64,000 bases of DNA from Candidatus Moraniibacteriota bacterium (GTDB lineage Bacteria > Patescibacteriota > Minisyncoccia > Moranbacterales > UBA1568). The stretch lies in contig JBATNG010000011.1 in the NCBI GenBank assembly GCA_049290235.1, forward strand, positions 220 through 64,219, read 5' to 3'. Below are positions 35,494 through 45,275 of the stretch, piece after piece (the stretch's first letter is position 1; every line of letters starts with the position of its first letter). The position numbers and the translations under genes were made by a program. The notes under the pieces were generated by a model that was given only the letters and a program-made list of their open reading frames with translations, did no database searches and was not told the DNA's origin.

Positions 35494-36087
35494 CTACGCA
35501 CTTACAAATTTTTTACCACTGCGCGAGGCTTCGACGATGCGGTTGATCTCATCATCACGCTCGGTGCGCAGCCGTTCCATGATGATATCTTTCACGTGAT
35601 AGGGGTCAGGTACGCGGCGAAAGAGGAAAAAGTCTTCTTCGGAGGCGGTCTGTACCTTCACATCGCCAAAGTTCAGAATGGTCGGCAGCATCCCACTTAC
35701 TTCCGATGTTACGTCTTGGATGCGAGAGAATTTCAATTCGCTCACAGAACGGACGAAGAGCCCTTTTTGTTCGATATTGATGACGCGTTCATTGGTGATG
35801 ATCCAGACATCGAAGAAGTAGTCGATCCAGATGAGGAAAGCATAGAGCCAGATGAGGAGGATAAGTGAATTCTGGATGAAGAGGGTGAAGCGAGATATCC
35901 CGCTCCCGAGCCAGTTCGGGTACAGGAGTGGCAGAAGTGAGAGCGATCCAAAGATGACCGCGAGGAAAATGATCACGATAAAGAAATGCGTCGCGATGTC
36001 AAACCAGTGCCGGTGGACAACGCGCAATATGGTTTCACTTTCCCGCTGACCCTGGAAGTGATACCGGCTGAAGTCTTGGTGAACCAT
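35494..36087 (-). CDS. membrane protein with bacterial PH (bPH_2/YdbT-like) domain
   Basis: two TM helices followed by a ~100-aa PH-like domain (ITNERVINIEQKGLF ... FGDVKVQT). Confidence 0.55.
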   Translation of the reverse strand: MVHQDFSRYHFQGQRESETILRVVHRHWFDIATHFFIVIIFLAVIFGSLSLLPLLYPNWLGSGISRFTLFIQNSLILLIWLYAFLIWIDYFFDVWIITNERVINIEQKGLFVRSVSELKFSRIQDVTSEVSGMLPTILNFGDVKVQTASEEDFFLFRRVPDPYHVKDIIMERLRTERDDEINRIVEASRSGKKFVSA

Positions 36088-36090
36088 AGG

Positions 36091-36309
36091 CTAGAGTTTC
36101 ATAATGAGGAGAGTGTCGAGCGGCAAGCTAAAGAAGAGGAGAATGTTCGCGAGGAGGAGGACCGCTGTCACCGTGACGAAGAGGAGCGTCATACTGATAG
36201 CGAGCCGACGATTGAGGGCGTAGCGTGACAGATGAAACATGATAAACAGACTCGCCACGACTATACCGAGGAAGAAGATGAGATAGGTGACACCGAAAAA
36301 AAGTTGCAT
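36091..36309 (-). CDS. small membrane protein (72 aa)
   Basis: two hydrophobic helices, abuts bPH gene; weak support. Confidence 0.3.
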   Translation of the reverse strand: MQLFFGVTYLIFFLGIVVASLFIMFHLSRYALNRRLAISMTLLFVTVTAVLLLANILLFFSLPLDTLLIMKL

Positions 36310-36566
36310 AGAATAATTGTGCTTCTTTCAGTATATCACTTCGATTTGTGATCAATATGGTGGTGCTATCCAAGTAGGGAGCACAAGATTTAGCGATGTG
36401 AAACAGGAAAACATTCAATTTACGGGAGTCACCCTCATACGTAAGGAGGATGATCAATTCCTGCATTTCGTCGATTATGACAATACGTGCGGTGAAGCAG
36501 CGATACAGGGCATGCTTGCTACGTTTCGATTTGTTGATTAGACTGGAAAATACTTAATGACTTCTG

Positions 36567-37022
36567 ATGAGACAGATAGCAATTGTACTGCTTAAAATGC
36601 TCCTTTGGGGGTCGCTGCCCATCTTATGGGTTGCTGGGGCATTGTATCTGGATAGATTTCAATTTGAAACGAATTATAGAGCTGGGCTACTGATCCTATA
36701 TATGCTGGCCATATTTTCTTGGGGTGTGGTAGGTGGGTTTGTAAACACACGTGACAAGCAACTGGTACTCCCGATTCAAAACGCGGCTTCCATTGCATTT
36801 ATCTCATTTTCAGTCTTTTTTGTTATTTATTGTAGTGATGCATACGCGGATAGCCTGTACTATAGACCGGGGGATGAATGGGCAACTCGATTACCGGGCT
36901 CCATCTGGGTTGGACTTCAATTGGGCATGTTGTTCATCGGGGTGCCTTTTTTGTTAGGGTATATTCCCGGAAAAATCTCAAGTCTGACTTGCAGATGGTA
37001 TCGCGAAAGGAATAACGGCTAA
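36567..37022 (+). CDS. 4-TM membrane protein, paralogue 1
   Basis: AT-rich; C-terminal LLGYIPGKISSLTCRWYRERN parallels LAGYLPTTAIHISRRYSQSQ of the next gene. Confidence 0.5.
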   Translation: MRQIAIVLLKMLLWGSLPILWVAGALYLDRFQFETNYRAGLLILYMLAIFSWGVVGGFVNTRDKQLVLPIQNAASIAFISFSVFFVIYCSDAYADSLYYRPGDEWATRLPGSIWVGLQLGMLFIGVPFLLGYIPGKISSLTCRWYRERNNG

Positions 37023-37082
37023 GCCTTTTTGACCTTGTTCTTTTGTTGAGTAGAATTCAAACTGCATGATATAATTTGGATC

Positions 37083-37559
37083 ATGTCGAATACGAACGTA
37101 ATTGTTGAGAGTAGAAATGACTGGTTCACGTCTTTGTTGTGGGTAGTGATCCCGGTTGTCGTTTTTGGCGTTTCTTTCTTTGAAGGAGGATTCCTTGAAG
37201 GACCGTTTATGGTTGCTAGTTTTCTGATATATGTAGCACTTGTCATACTTCTCGGCATCTTGGCGAGCCGAGCATCGTTTTCGCGCCACTCATTCCTCTT
37301 TCTCCATAAAATCTCCGTCAGGCGCGGCTTTATCCCGGTAGTAGTGCTTATTCTACTCAGCACCTTCTTTTTCCTGGGATTCCTGATGGAGATGAGTGAC
37401 ATTCCATCAGGCAGTCTACACACTCAATCACAAAAGATATCCCTCTCTCTCGATTCGGGATTGGAATTTAGTACCTTGTTCTTTCTTATTCCATTTCTTG
37501 CTGGTTACTTGCCTACCACGGCCATACACATTTCTCGAAGGTATAGTCAATCACAGTAG
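37083..37559 (+). CDS. 4-TM membrane protein, paralogue 2
   Basis: same length and topology as the upstream gene; tandem duplication. Confidence 0.5.
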   Translation: MSNTNVIVESRNDWFTSLLWVVIPVVVFGVSFFEGGFLEGPFMVASFLIYVALVILLGILASRASFSRHSFLFLHKISVRRGFIPVVVLILLSTFFFLGFLMEMSDIPSGSLHTQSQKISLSLDSGLEFSTLFFLIPFLAGYLPTTAIHISRRYSQSQ

Positions 37560-37660
37560 AGATCGAATGCTCCCAAAAGACAGGAGACAAAAAGTCTTGT
37601 TTCTTGGCAGTGTTGGATACTGCGTACAAGTTCATTGACAACTGAGTAAAGGAGAAGATA

Positions 37661-39154
37661 ATGGATATTCTCAGAGTAGTTGCTCTGTTCTTTTTCATGG
37701 GGTGTTCTATAGCTACATCTGCAGCGGGTTGGATTAGGACCAAGGACATTTCATGGAAAATCTGGGATGGGAAGGGAACTAAGGCCCCTGGAAAGATAAA
37801 ACCAGCACCCAATACTAATGATTGTGTTCGATGGGAATGGGTGCTTGCCGGTGATCGGGTCCTGGAGTTTGATCTCACTCAGATAGCCGAAAATGCCGGA
37901 TCTTCAATTGTCGCCGACAAGATATATATCGATGCATCCGGGGACGGCGGTCAGTATGCTTTGGGCTATTGGCTTGCTGACTGGGAGGAACATACCGGAC
38001 AACTGTTGCTTCCACCAATCGAGGGCCTTGGTGATTGGAGCAATAAGAGAAGCATTAGTGTTTGTGTTGGTTCCAAAGTCGGGTTTAAGACTCTGGACAA
38101 GCAACTTCGCTCAATCTTTCTCTGGTATGACAGTACCGTTCGTACGACGATATATAACATCAAGTCCGAACCCGGCCAGCCCGTCCACTCACCGACCAAT
38201 GCTAGAAACATGGCCAATACCGACGACGCACTAAAGGTATCGAAGAACGGTATAGTGTTACGGGATACGCACGAGAAATTCCAGACTGGATCATCACAAG
38301 GAACCATCCCCGGCCCGCGCGTTGATCTCGAACCTGACTTCGATGTGTACGACACCGACGGAAACGAAATCAGCGCTAACTGTAACAACTGCATGGGGAA
38401 GTCCGTCGACGTCGGCCAGACCGTCCACGCGAAACTCAAGACCGAGGTGTCGAATGCCGATGCCAAGGACTACAAGCGGAGTTCCAACTCCGAGACCATC
38501 GAAGGCCCGGTCTGGTGGATGATCGAAGGCAAAACGGGGTGGAATCTCCTCGATAGCGGAGAGTACACCATCACGAACCTCAACAAAGGCGCGGCTACCG
38601 TCGAGACACATGTCTGGGCGATTCCCAACTATCCAGGTGATATCCTCGCGATGAAAGCCTGTGTGGACGGGGACGATGAAATCTGGGAAGAGGATGAGGC
38701 CAGTGGTTCTGGCAATGATATCGACAACCCCGACCAGAGTGGCACATCCAACAACTGCTCACGGAGGGAGCGATTCTATATCGAACACCCAAACTACACC
38801 CCGACTGGTGCCATCGAAAGCGGTACATGCACGCGGGTGATGGGCTGGGCCAAGGACCAGAATATCACTGGATCGGTCATGGTCCACGCGTATCTCTCTG
38901 AGCCCGATGGTTCAAATGAGCAGTACCTGGAATCGCTCATGGCTGACAAGCCGAAGAGCGTCCAGGGTGGGAATTACGGTATCGACTGGTCTGTTTCCGA
39001 AGCTGCCAAAGTATCGGTGGCGAAGAAGCTGACATTTCGTGCCGTCAACACCCCCGAAGGGACCAATCCGGTTATCGGATCCGTCACCCTCACTTGTGTG
39101 CCAGAGACAACACCGGAAGGTAGAGCGGCTGTTCAGATTCTGAATACTTATTGA
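37661..39154 (+). CDS. large secreted hypothetical protein (497 aa) with signal peptide
   Basis: MDILRVVALFFFMGCSIATSAAG signal/lipobox-like start; Cys pairs, Asp/Gly-rich segments; no family recognised. Confidence 0.5.
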   Translation: MDILRVVALFFFMGCSIATSAAGWIRTKDISWKIWDGKGTKAPGKIKPAPNTNDCVRWEWVLAGDRVLEFDLTQIAENAGSSIVADKIYIDASGDGGQYALGYWLADWEEHTGQLLLPPIEGLGDWSNKRSISVCVGSKVGFKTLDKQLRSIFLWYDSTVRTTIYNIKSEPGQPVHSPTNARNMANTDDALKVSKNGIVLRDTHEKFQTGSSQGTIPGPRVDLEPDFDVYDTDGNEISANCNNCMGKSVDVGQTVHAKLKTEVSNADAKDYKRSSNSETIEGPVWWMIEGKTGWNLLDSGEYTITNLNKGAATVETHVWAIPNYPGDILAMKACVDGDDEIWEEDEASGSGNDIDNPDQSGTSNNCSRRERFYIEHPNYTPTGAIESGTCTRVMGWAKDQNITGSVMVHAYLSEPDGSNEQYLESLMADKPKSVQGGNYGIDWSVSEAAKVSVAKKLTFRAVNTPEGTNPVIGSVTLTCVPETTPEGRAAVQILNTY

Positions 39155-39176
39155 TCACAACGAAAGGAGAAGTACG

Positions 39177-39503
39177 ATGCAATCGAAACTCATAGTGGCC
39201 CTCTTATGCTCGGCTGGCATGCTCGCAGCTCCACTGGTGGCAGAGTCCGCCGAAGTCCTGTTCAATCCCAGTGCTCAAAGCAACGGATATGACATGGACG
39301 GGAACGGCGTTCTGCATCTGTGGGGCGTGTCGGAAGCGAGTGGTAATGCGCTTGTCGCCAATCCTGATTATGGATGGCCGACCGTGTCTGCCATCGCTGC
39401 ATGGTACGCGACGCTCCTCAAGGCTCAGGAGATGAATCTCTCGGTCAGTGTCGGATATGACCCGACAACGCTTGACATCTGGTACGTCGGCAAACCGAGA
39501 TAA
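39177..39503 (+). CDS. small secreted hypothetical protein (108 aa)
   Basis: signal peptide MQSKLIVALLCSAGMLAAPLVAESA; RBS AAAGGAGAAG upstream. Confidence 0.45.
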   Translation: MQSKLIVALLCSAGMLAAPLVAESAEVLFNPSAQSNGYDMDGNGVLHLWGVSEASGNALVANPDYGWPTVSAIAAWYATLLKAQEMNLSVSVGYDPTTLDIWYVGKPR

Positions 39504-39571
39504 CTTCTAGTTGCCACTGTAGCCTGCTCCGTCACGGAACAACGTGGCGGAGCTTTTCTTTACTTCACGTT

Positions 39572-40582
39572 CTACAATAACTTCTCCTCGATACCGAAGG
39601 GCGGCTCGAGGCCGAGATGGCGGTAGCCTTCGGGGGTGACGATGCGGCCGCGCGGGGTCCGGGCGAGGAAGCCAATTTGGATGAGATAGGGTTCGATGAC
39701 GTCTTCGATCGTGTGCATCTCTTCGCTCGTGACCGCCGAGATAGCCTGGAGGCCAGCAGGGCCACCTTTGAAGCGATCGACGATGGCCTGGAGCACGGCC
39801 CGATCAGCCGGTTCGAGTCCGAGTCGGTCGATCTCGAAGAGGGCGAGGGCTTCGCTCGCGATAGTCGCGGTGATGAGACCATCATGGTGGACTTCGGCGT
39901 AGTCGCGGACGCGTTTCAGGATGCGATTGGCGACTCGCGGTGTCCGCCGGCTGGCTCCGGCGATTGCTCGCGCTCCCAATTCATCGAGCGGCACACCGAG
40001 GATACCAGCCGAGCGGTGGACGATCTGCTCAATCTCGCCAGCCGTATAAAACTCGAGGCGATGGATGGAGCCGAAGCGATTGCGGAGGGGATTGGTGAGT
40101 GCTCCGAGCCGGGTGGTCGCACCGATGAGTGTGAAGCGCGGGAGATCGAGCTGGATCGTTCGGGCCGCCGGGCCTTTGCCGATGATGATGTCGAGCTTGT
40201 AGTCCTCCATTGCGGGGTAGAGCACCTCCTCGATCGATTTGTTCAGTCGGTGGATCTCGTCGATGAAGAGCACATCGCCGGGTTCGAGATTGGTGAGGAT
40301 GCTCCCGAGATCACCGACGCGTTCGATCGCCGGGCCCGAGGTGACTTTTATCCCGGCGCCCATCTCACGAGCGATGATATGGGCGAGGGTGGTCTTGCCC
40401 AAACCAGCCGGGCCATAGAGGAGCACGTGGTCAATCGCCTCGTCGCGCTTTTTGGCTGCCTGGATGAAAATCTCGAGATTCTTTTTCGTTTTTTCCTGGC
40501 CGATGTACTCGCTGAAGCCACGGGGACGGAGCGTGTTCTCGATGACGACATCTTCCTCGGTGTGTTCGGTCGTATTGAGCAT
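39572..40582 (-). CDS. ruvB: Holliday junction branch-migration ATPase RuvB
   Basis: [14 protein letters not shown], Walker [12 protein letters not shown], Walker [10 protein letters not shown], sensor and wHTH C-terminus. Confidence 0.95.
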   Translation of the reverse strand: MLNTTEHTEEDVVIENTLRPRGFSEYIGQEKTKKNLEIFIQAAKKRDEAIDHVLLYGPAGLGKTTLAHIIAREMGAGIKVTSGPAIERVGDLGSILTNLEPGDVLFIDEIHRLNKSIEEVLYPAMEDYKLDIIIGKGPAARTIQLDLPRFTLIGATTRLGALTNPLRNRFGSIHRLEFYTAGEIEQIVHRSAGILGVPLDELGARAIAGASRRTPRVANRILKRVRDYAEVHHDGLITATIASEALALFEIDRLGLEPADRAVLQAIVDRFKGGPAGLQAISAVTSEEMHTIEDVIEPYLIQIGFLARTPRGRIVTPEGYRHLGLEPPFGIEEKLL

Positions 40583-41084
40583 AGAGTGTCAGCTATTTTT
40601 GAGAGAGGCTCTGGGAAAAACTATGAAGCATCGTGCTGGATACTGACAATGGTATCACCATTCGATGGGGATACAAAAAGAACATCCGGCGTAAGCGTCC
40701 ATCTCTGGCGGAGTTTGGAAATGGCTGGATAATGCCAGTTTCAAGCCACAAAAACCATACGTTGTCAGGGGGTTGACAGCTTTCCTTCGACATGCTATCC
40801 TGCTCCTTCAAACAAAAAGCAGAAATCTAGATCGGCCTGCGCCGTTTTTTGTTGCTCTCGGGTACTTTGGAAAAATTCCTCACATGTAGACAACTGGAGA
40901 GTACTATCTTTTCTCTTCAGCTTAGGAGGGGTCTCGCTTCGGCGATAGTCAAGATCGGGTAAGGTGGTTTCGGCTGCGTTACACCTCGACACTCGTCCAT
41001 TCCCCGGGCTCCCATGCTCAGGGCCTTGTCTACAGGTGAGGGATTTTTTTATGAGTAGTTTTCTTTTACAATCTCAATCACCAG

Positions 41085-41294
41085 ATGGCCGATAGTTCCC
41101 CGGCTGTGGAACAAGAAGGAGAAGAAAGAATGAAACAGGAAACCCGTCGTGGCCGCTTGCGTCGAGTGCGCCAGCGGATCAAGCGAATGAAACACCAGAG
41201 GAAGACTCTTCTCGAAATGTACCACAAAGCAAAAACGAATCCATATCACAGGCATACGCTTCTATGGTATCGACGTCGCTGGAGCATCCTCTAA
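41085..41294 (+). CDS. small highly basic protein (69 aa); uncertain
   Basis: Arg/Lys-rich RRGRLRRVRQRIKRMKHQRK; lies in a long intergenic region that may instead be non-coding. Confidence 0.25.
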   Translation: MADSSPAVEQEGEERMKQETRRGRLRRVRQRIKRMKHQRKTLLEMYHKAKTNPYHRHTLLWYRRRWSIL

Positions 41295-41394
41295 GGTAAT
41301 AAGGAGGGTTTGAGGAGGGAGAAGACAAAATAGAAAAAGCCCGGGTGGTCACATGACTCCCCGGGCTTTGAAATTTTTTATACTGAAATTGAGG

Positions 41395-43230
41395 CTAGGC
41401 TTTCGGTGGCGCAGGTATTTCCGTGTGTGAGTTCGCCGTTTTTGTTTCAGTCACCTTGGTGTCGTCGGCTGATTCGTCCGCCCCTTCTTCGGTATCGAGG
41501 GCGGTATCTTCAAATGCATCGTACAGATCGCGAAGTGAGTCCTCTCGGCCCGATGCGGCCCAGACTTCATCCATCGTGGTGTGGCCCTCGAGGACTTTGA
41601 TCAGTCCGTCCTGGGCCATGGTTACCATACCTTCCTTCACTGCAGCGTCGAAGATTTCTTTGTCGGTGGCTATCGCATCGATGAGATCACGGATAGCCTG
41701 GGTAACGGGCAGCACTTCGAAGATGCCTTTGCGTCCGAAGTAGCCGGTGAAGTTGCAGTGGACACAGCCCTTGGGTCGGTAGAGGGCGTCGACGGTCGGA
41801 AACTGTTTCGTCTTGGCTTGTTCGGGTATCATCGCGAGCAGTTTCTGGATCGCCTCGATTGTACTCTGGGCGGGGAGATAGGGCTCCTTGCATTCTTCGC
41901 AGAGGATACGGACGAGCCGTTGGGCCATGATGATATTCAGCGATGAAGCGATGAGAGACGGCTTCACCCCGAGATCGAGGAGCCGGGGGATGGTCGCGAC
42001 GGCGTTGTTGGTGTGGAGGGTCGAGAGCACGAGGTGGCCGGTGAGCGAGGCTGAGACCGCGACATCAGCTGTTTCGTCATCGCGGATTTCGCCGACGAGG
42101 ATGACGTCTGGGTCCTGGCGGACGATGGCACGGAGCGCTGAGGCAAAGGTGTAGTCGCGGTCCTTGGAGACTTCGGTTTGGACGATGCCGGGGATGCTGT
42201 ACTCGATCGGATCTTCGACCGTGATGATCTTGATCGCCGGGTTGTTGATCCGATTGATGAGTGAGTACAAAGTCGTCGTCTTGCCGGAGCCGGTCGGACC
42301 AGTATTGAGGATGATGCCGTTGGGCTTCTCGACCGCCCGCTGGATCTCTTCGAAGGCACGGCCATAGATGCCGAGGTGAGTGATGTCGACATCGACGTCG
42401 GAATTATTGAGGAGACGCATATCGATGTTCTCGCCGTGATTGCCGGGGATGAGGGAGACACGGATGTCGATGCGATCATCGCCGCTCACCATCGAGAAGT
42501 GGCCGTCCTGGGCGCGGTCCCGGACATTGATGCGCATGCCGCCGAGCATCTTGATCCGAGCGAGCGCGAGCTGGTACATGTGGCGCGGCAAGTCCCCGAT
42601 GTCTTGGAGGAGTCCGTCGATGCGGTACCGCAGACGAGCCGTCGTCTCACTCGGTTCGATGTGGACATCGCTCCCGCGCATCTTGGTCGCGCCAGCGAGG
42701 ATGATTTCGATGATCTGAGAGGTAGAGATTGAGGAAGTGCCCTTGCCGAGATTCAGGAGTTCGCCGAAGTTCTTCTCGAAATGTTCGAGGTCCTCGCCTT
42801 TGAGTGAGACGCGGAGAATGTCGAGGCTCTCGAGGAGCGGCTTGTTGTTGTAACACGCCCAGATCTTTTCCAGCGATTGGCGGGAAACGACGGAAATGGT
42901 CATGCGCCAGCGCTTCTGGTTGGCGAGCGCCTGGAGGAACTCGATCGCCTCGGGCTGTTCGGGATTCTCCAGACTGACATAGACGTGACTGCCGTTTTTT
43001 CGGAAAATCGCCGCGCCATACTTCTTGGCGTCAGCTTCCGAGAGGAGTGCGACGTCTTTCGGATCCGCTGGGAAGAGGTGGAGGTCGAGATAGGGGAGTC
43101 CGAGGCGGTCGCCGAGCGCGTGGGCCCGGTCCTCCATCGATTGCTCGCGAAGTTTCTTGAGGAGGTCCGTGGTGCGCAGGGTCTTCTCACTGGCGGTGGT
43201 CGGGACGATACGGCGGCTGACTTTCGGCAT
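41395..43230 (-). CDS. pilB: type II/IV secretion / type IV pilus assembly ATPase (GspE/PilB family) with N-terminal GSPII_E_N domain
   Basis: Walker A GPTGSGKTTTLYS, Asp box, Walker B VILVGEIRD, His box, tetracysteine-like CEEC...CVHC motif. Confidence 0.85.
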   Translation of the reverse strand: MPKVSRRIVPTTASEKTLRTTDLLKKLREQSMEDRAHALGDRLGLPYLDLHLFPADPKDVALLSEADAKKYGAAIFRKNGSHVYVSLENPEQPEAIEFLQALANQKRWRMTISVVSRQSLEKIWACYNNKPLLESLDILRVSLKGEDLEHFEKNFGELLNLGKGTSSISTSQIIEIILAGATKMRGSDVHIEPSETTARLRYRIDGLLQDIGDLPRHMYQLALARIKMLGGMRINVRDRAQDGHFSMVSGDDRIDIRVSLIPGNHGENIDMRLLNNSDVDVDITHLGIYGRAFEEIQRAVEKPNGIILNTGPTGSGKTTTLYSLINRINNPAIKIITVEDPIEYSIPGIVQTEVSKDRDYTFASALRAIVRQDPDVILVGEIRDDETADVAVSASLTGHLVLSTLHTNNAVATIPRLLDLGVKPSLIASSLNIIMAQRLVRILCEECKEPYLPAQSTIEAIQKLLAMIPEQAKTKQFPTVDALYRPKGCVHCNFTGYFGRKGIFEVLPVTQAIRDLIDAIATDKEIFDAAVKEGMVTMAQDGLIKVLEGHTTMDEVWAASGREDSLRDLYDAFEDTALDTEEGADESADDTKVTETKTANSHTEIPAPPKA

Positions 43231-43350
43231 AGGGAATGATGTATATCGCCATCATTCTACCATTGTTCATACGGAACGAGCTATCTCGTTGCACTGGCAA
43301 CAGATGATGACGGGGCGACCAATTGCTCCGCTCCGAAGCCTTTGCGGCAC

Positions 43351-44499
43351 TTAATTTTTTTCGCCCAGACCCTGGAACCATTCGATGAGGAGTCGTTCCG
43401 CGGTCGCGAAGTCGGTGGCGGGCAGCGTTCCTTCGAGCATGTCGCCGACGAGGCGGCTCTCGGAGAAAACGGCGAGGATGTGTTCGAGACGATCTTCTTG
43501 CTGACTCTTGATGAAGATGCGCATCGATGTCGCACTCTCCTTGAAGAACAGTGCGAAGACGGTCGCACCGGCGTAGTTGTTGCGGATCTTGTCGAGGACA
43601 ATCGGCAGGTCTTCGCTCTTGGAATGGGACTCGACCAGATCTTCGAGCGTGACCGGCGCCCACATGAGACGGAGCACCTCATGAGTGCGGATATTGCCCA
43701 TGATGCGGCCCCAGAGTTTCAGGATATGGAGCGGCTGCGTCTTGTAGAGGTTCTTCACGATCTTTTGCTGGTCGGCACCATGGCCCATCAGGGCGGAAGC
43801 GAGCTGGAGGGTCTTCGGTGTCGTGTTCTTTCGTTGGAAGGAATCGGTCGCCGACATGATACCGGCCAGGAGCGCCTCGGCGACAGCTGGATCGATGAAC
43901 TCTGGCCCGACGGTCTCGATGAAATGAGCGGTGATCTCTGATGCGGATGACGCAGTCACATCCACCAGATTCAGCTGGCCGTACTGCTCATTGTTTGAGT
44001 GGCGGTCGATATTGATGATCGGTACTTCATAGAAGATATCGGGATTGTCCTCATAGAGCTTGCCCAGACTCTCTTTGTCCGGGGCATCGATGGTCAGGAC
44101 GACGTCGAATTTGTATTTCGCGAGAATGAAAGAAAAGTCCCGTGGATCGATAGTGCCGTGCTCTGGCGTGAGGTGGATACGGAGTTCTTTGTTCAGTCGT
44201 TCGGTGCGGACATCGAGGATGTTGTTGTGCTCGGTATTGAAAGACAGGACGAAATCGCGGGCGCCGGAAATCGCCGTGAGCACCGTCTCGGGCCAAGCGA
44301 GGAAGCCGAGGTCTTCGCGTCGTTCATCGATCCGTTCGGCCGCGAGCGTCGGCTGTTTCCCAAGGGCGGCAGCGAAGTGGGCGAGGGCGATACCGCTGGC
44401 GATCGCATCGCGGCTCGGATAGGGCGGGAGGAGGATGAGCGGGTGAGCGGCCGGTTTGAGGAGTTCGAGGAATTGCGCTTCTTTCGTGAGGGACATCAT
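43351..44499 (-). CDS. DHH-family phosphoesterase (NrnA-like oligoribonuclease / pAp phosphatase) with DHHA1 domain
   Basis: IINIDRHSNN in place of the DHH motif; DHHA1-like C-terminal region. Confidence 0.55.
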   Translation of the reverse strand: MMSLTKEAQFLELLKPAAHPLILLPPYPSRDAIASGIALAHFAAALGKQPTLAAERIDERREDLGFLAWPETVLTAISGARDFVLSFNTEHNNILDVRTERLNKELRIHLTPEHGTIDPRDFSFILAKYKFDVVLTIDAPDKESLGKLYEDNPDIFYEVPIINIDRHSNNEQYGQLNLVDVTASSASEITAHFIETVGPEFIDPAVAEALLAGIMSATDSFQRKNTTPKTLQLASALMGHGADQQKIVKNLYKTQPLHILKLWGRIMGNIRTHEVLRLMWAPVTLEDLVESHSKSEDLPIVLDKIRNNYAGATVFALFFKESATSMRIFIKSQQEDRLEHILAVFSESRLVGDMLEGTLPATDFATAERLLIEWFQGLGEKN

Positions 44500-44662
44500 G
44501 GGAAAAGTCTGGATAAGTTCTCTACCCTAACAAGATTTCGAGTTTCGGTCAAACCACCGCATCTCGCGGTCTGAAATAGCCCGAGAAACGGCGCCGGCCT
44601 CCCCAAAGTGTCACTTTCCCGCTAGTATAAAGGAAATATTACCGAGTAACACCGACTCCATC

Positions 44663-45106
44663 ATGCCACAGACTGATTCGAAAGCAGCGACCCAGACGTG
44701 GGGAAAGCGCTTTGCTGGTACGCTCCAGCCAGCGACCCTCGTCACGCTCGCTGGGGATTTGGGTGCGGGCAAGACGACTTTGGTCCAGGGCATCCTGGAA
44801 GGCTTGGGAGCTACGGCGCCGTATCCGTCACCGACCTTTGTCCTCATGAATCAGTACGAATTGCCGGCTCCGACGCCGACGGGTATCTGCCGCGTCTATC
44901 ATGCCGATGCGTATCGTGTGGGCGCGGCCGACTTCGAGCGGCTCGGCTTCCTCGAGTGGTGTACCGATCCCGCAGGCCTCGTCCTCCTCGAATGGCCCGA
45001 GCGACTCGCGGAGATTTTACCAGCCGAACGGACGGATATCATCTTGCGTGCCCTCTCCGAGACCGAGCGGGAGATTACCATAGGGGAGATGGGAAATACG
45101 GCTTGA
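44663..45106 (+). CDS. tsaE: tRNA threonylcarbamoyladenosine biosynthesis protein TsaE
   Basis: P-loop GDLGAGKTTLVQGI and RVYHADAYR motif. Confidence 0.85.
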   Translation: MPQTDSKAATQTWGKRFAGTLQPATLVTLAGDLGAGKTTLVQGILEGLGATAPYPSPTFVLMNQYELPAPTPTGICRVYHADAYRVGAADFERLGFLEWCTDPAGLVLLEWPERLAEILPAERTDIILRALSETEREITIGEMGNTA

Positions 45107-45275
45107 TTTCTCGGAAATCCCTGGAATCTCCTTTAGGTGGAGCGGCCAGTATACGACTCCAGGGGATGTTATAATGAAACATCTCACCAAGGCTATTGAA
45201 TCTATAGGTATTATTCCTTGTAATAAGGTAAAAATAGAAGTTATAATGATTTTTTAAATCTGTATATATACAGAA

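Noticed and set aside
39617-40732. 371-aa ORF antisense to ruvB
   Set aside because: ruvB assignment is unambiguous (Walker A/B, conserved N-terminus).
40980-41040. ccccgggctcccatgc resembling the RNase P RNA P4 region (GUCCGGGCUCCAUAG)
   Set aside because: Only a partial match; no complementary P4 3' strand (ACAGAACCCGGCUUA-like) or other conserved RNase P RNA regions found nearby.
44051-44422. Multiple 70-190-aa ORFs on both strands inside the DHH phosphoesterase gene
   Set aside because: Nested within a 382-aa gene with family motifs; GC-driven artefacts.
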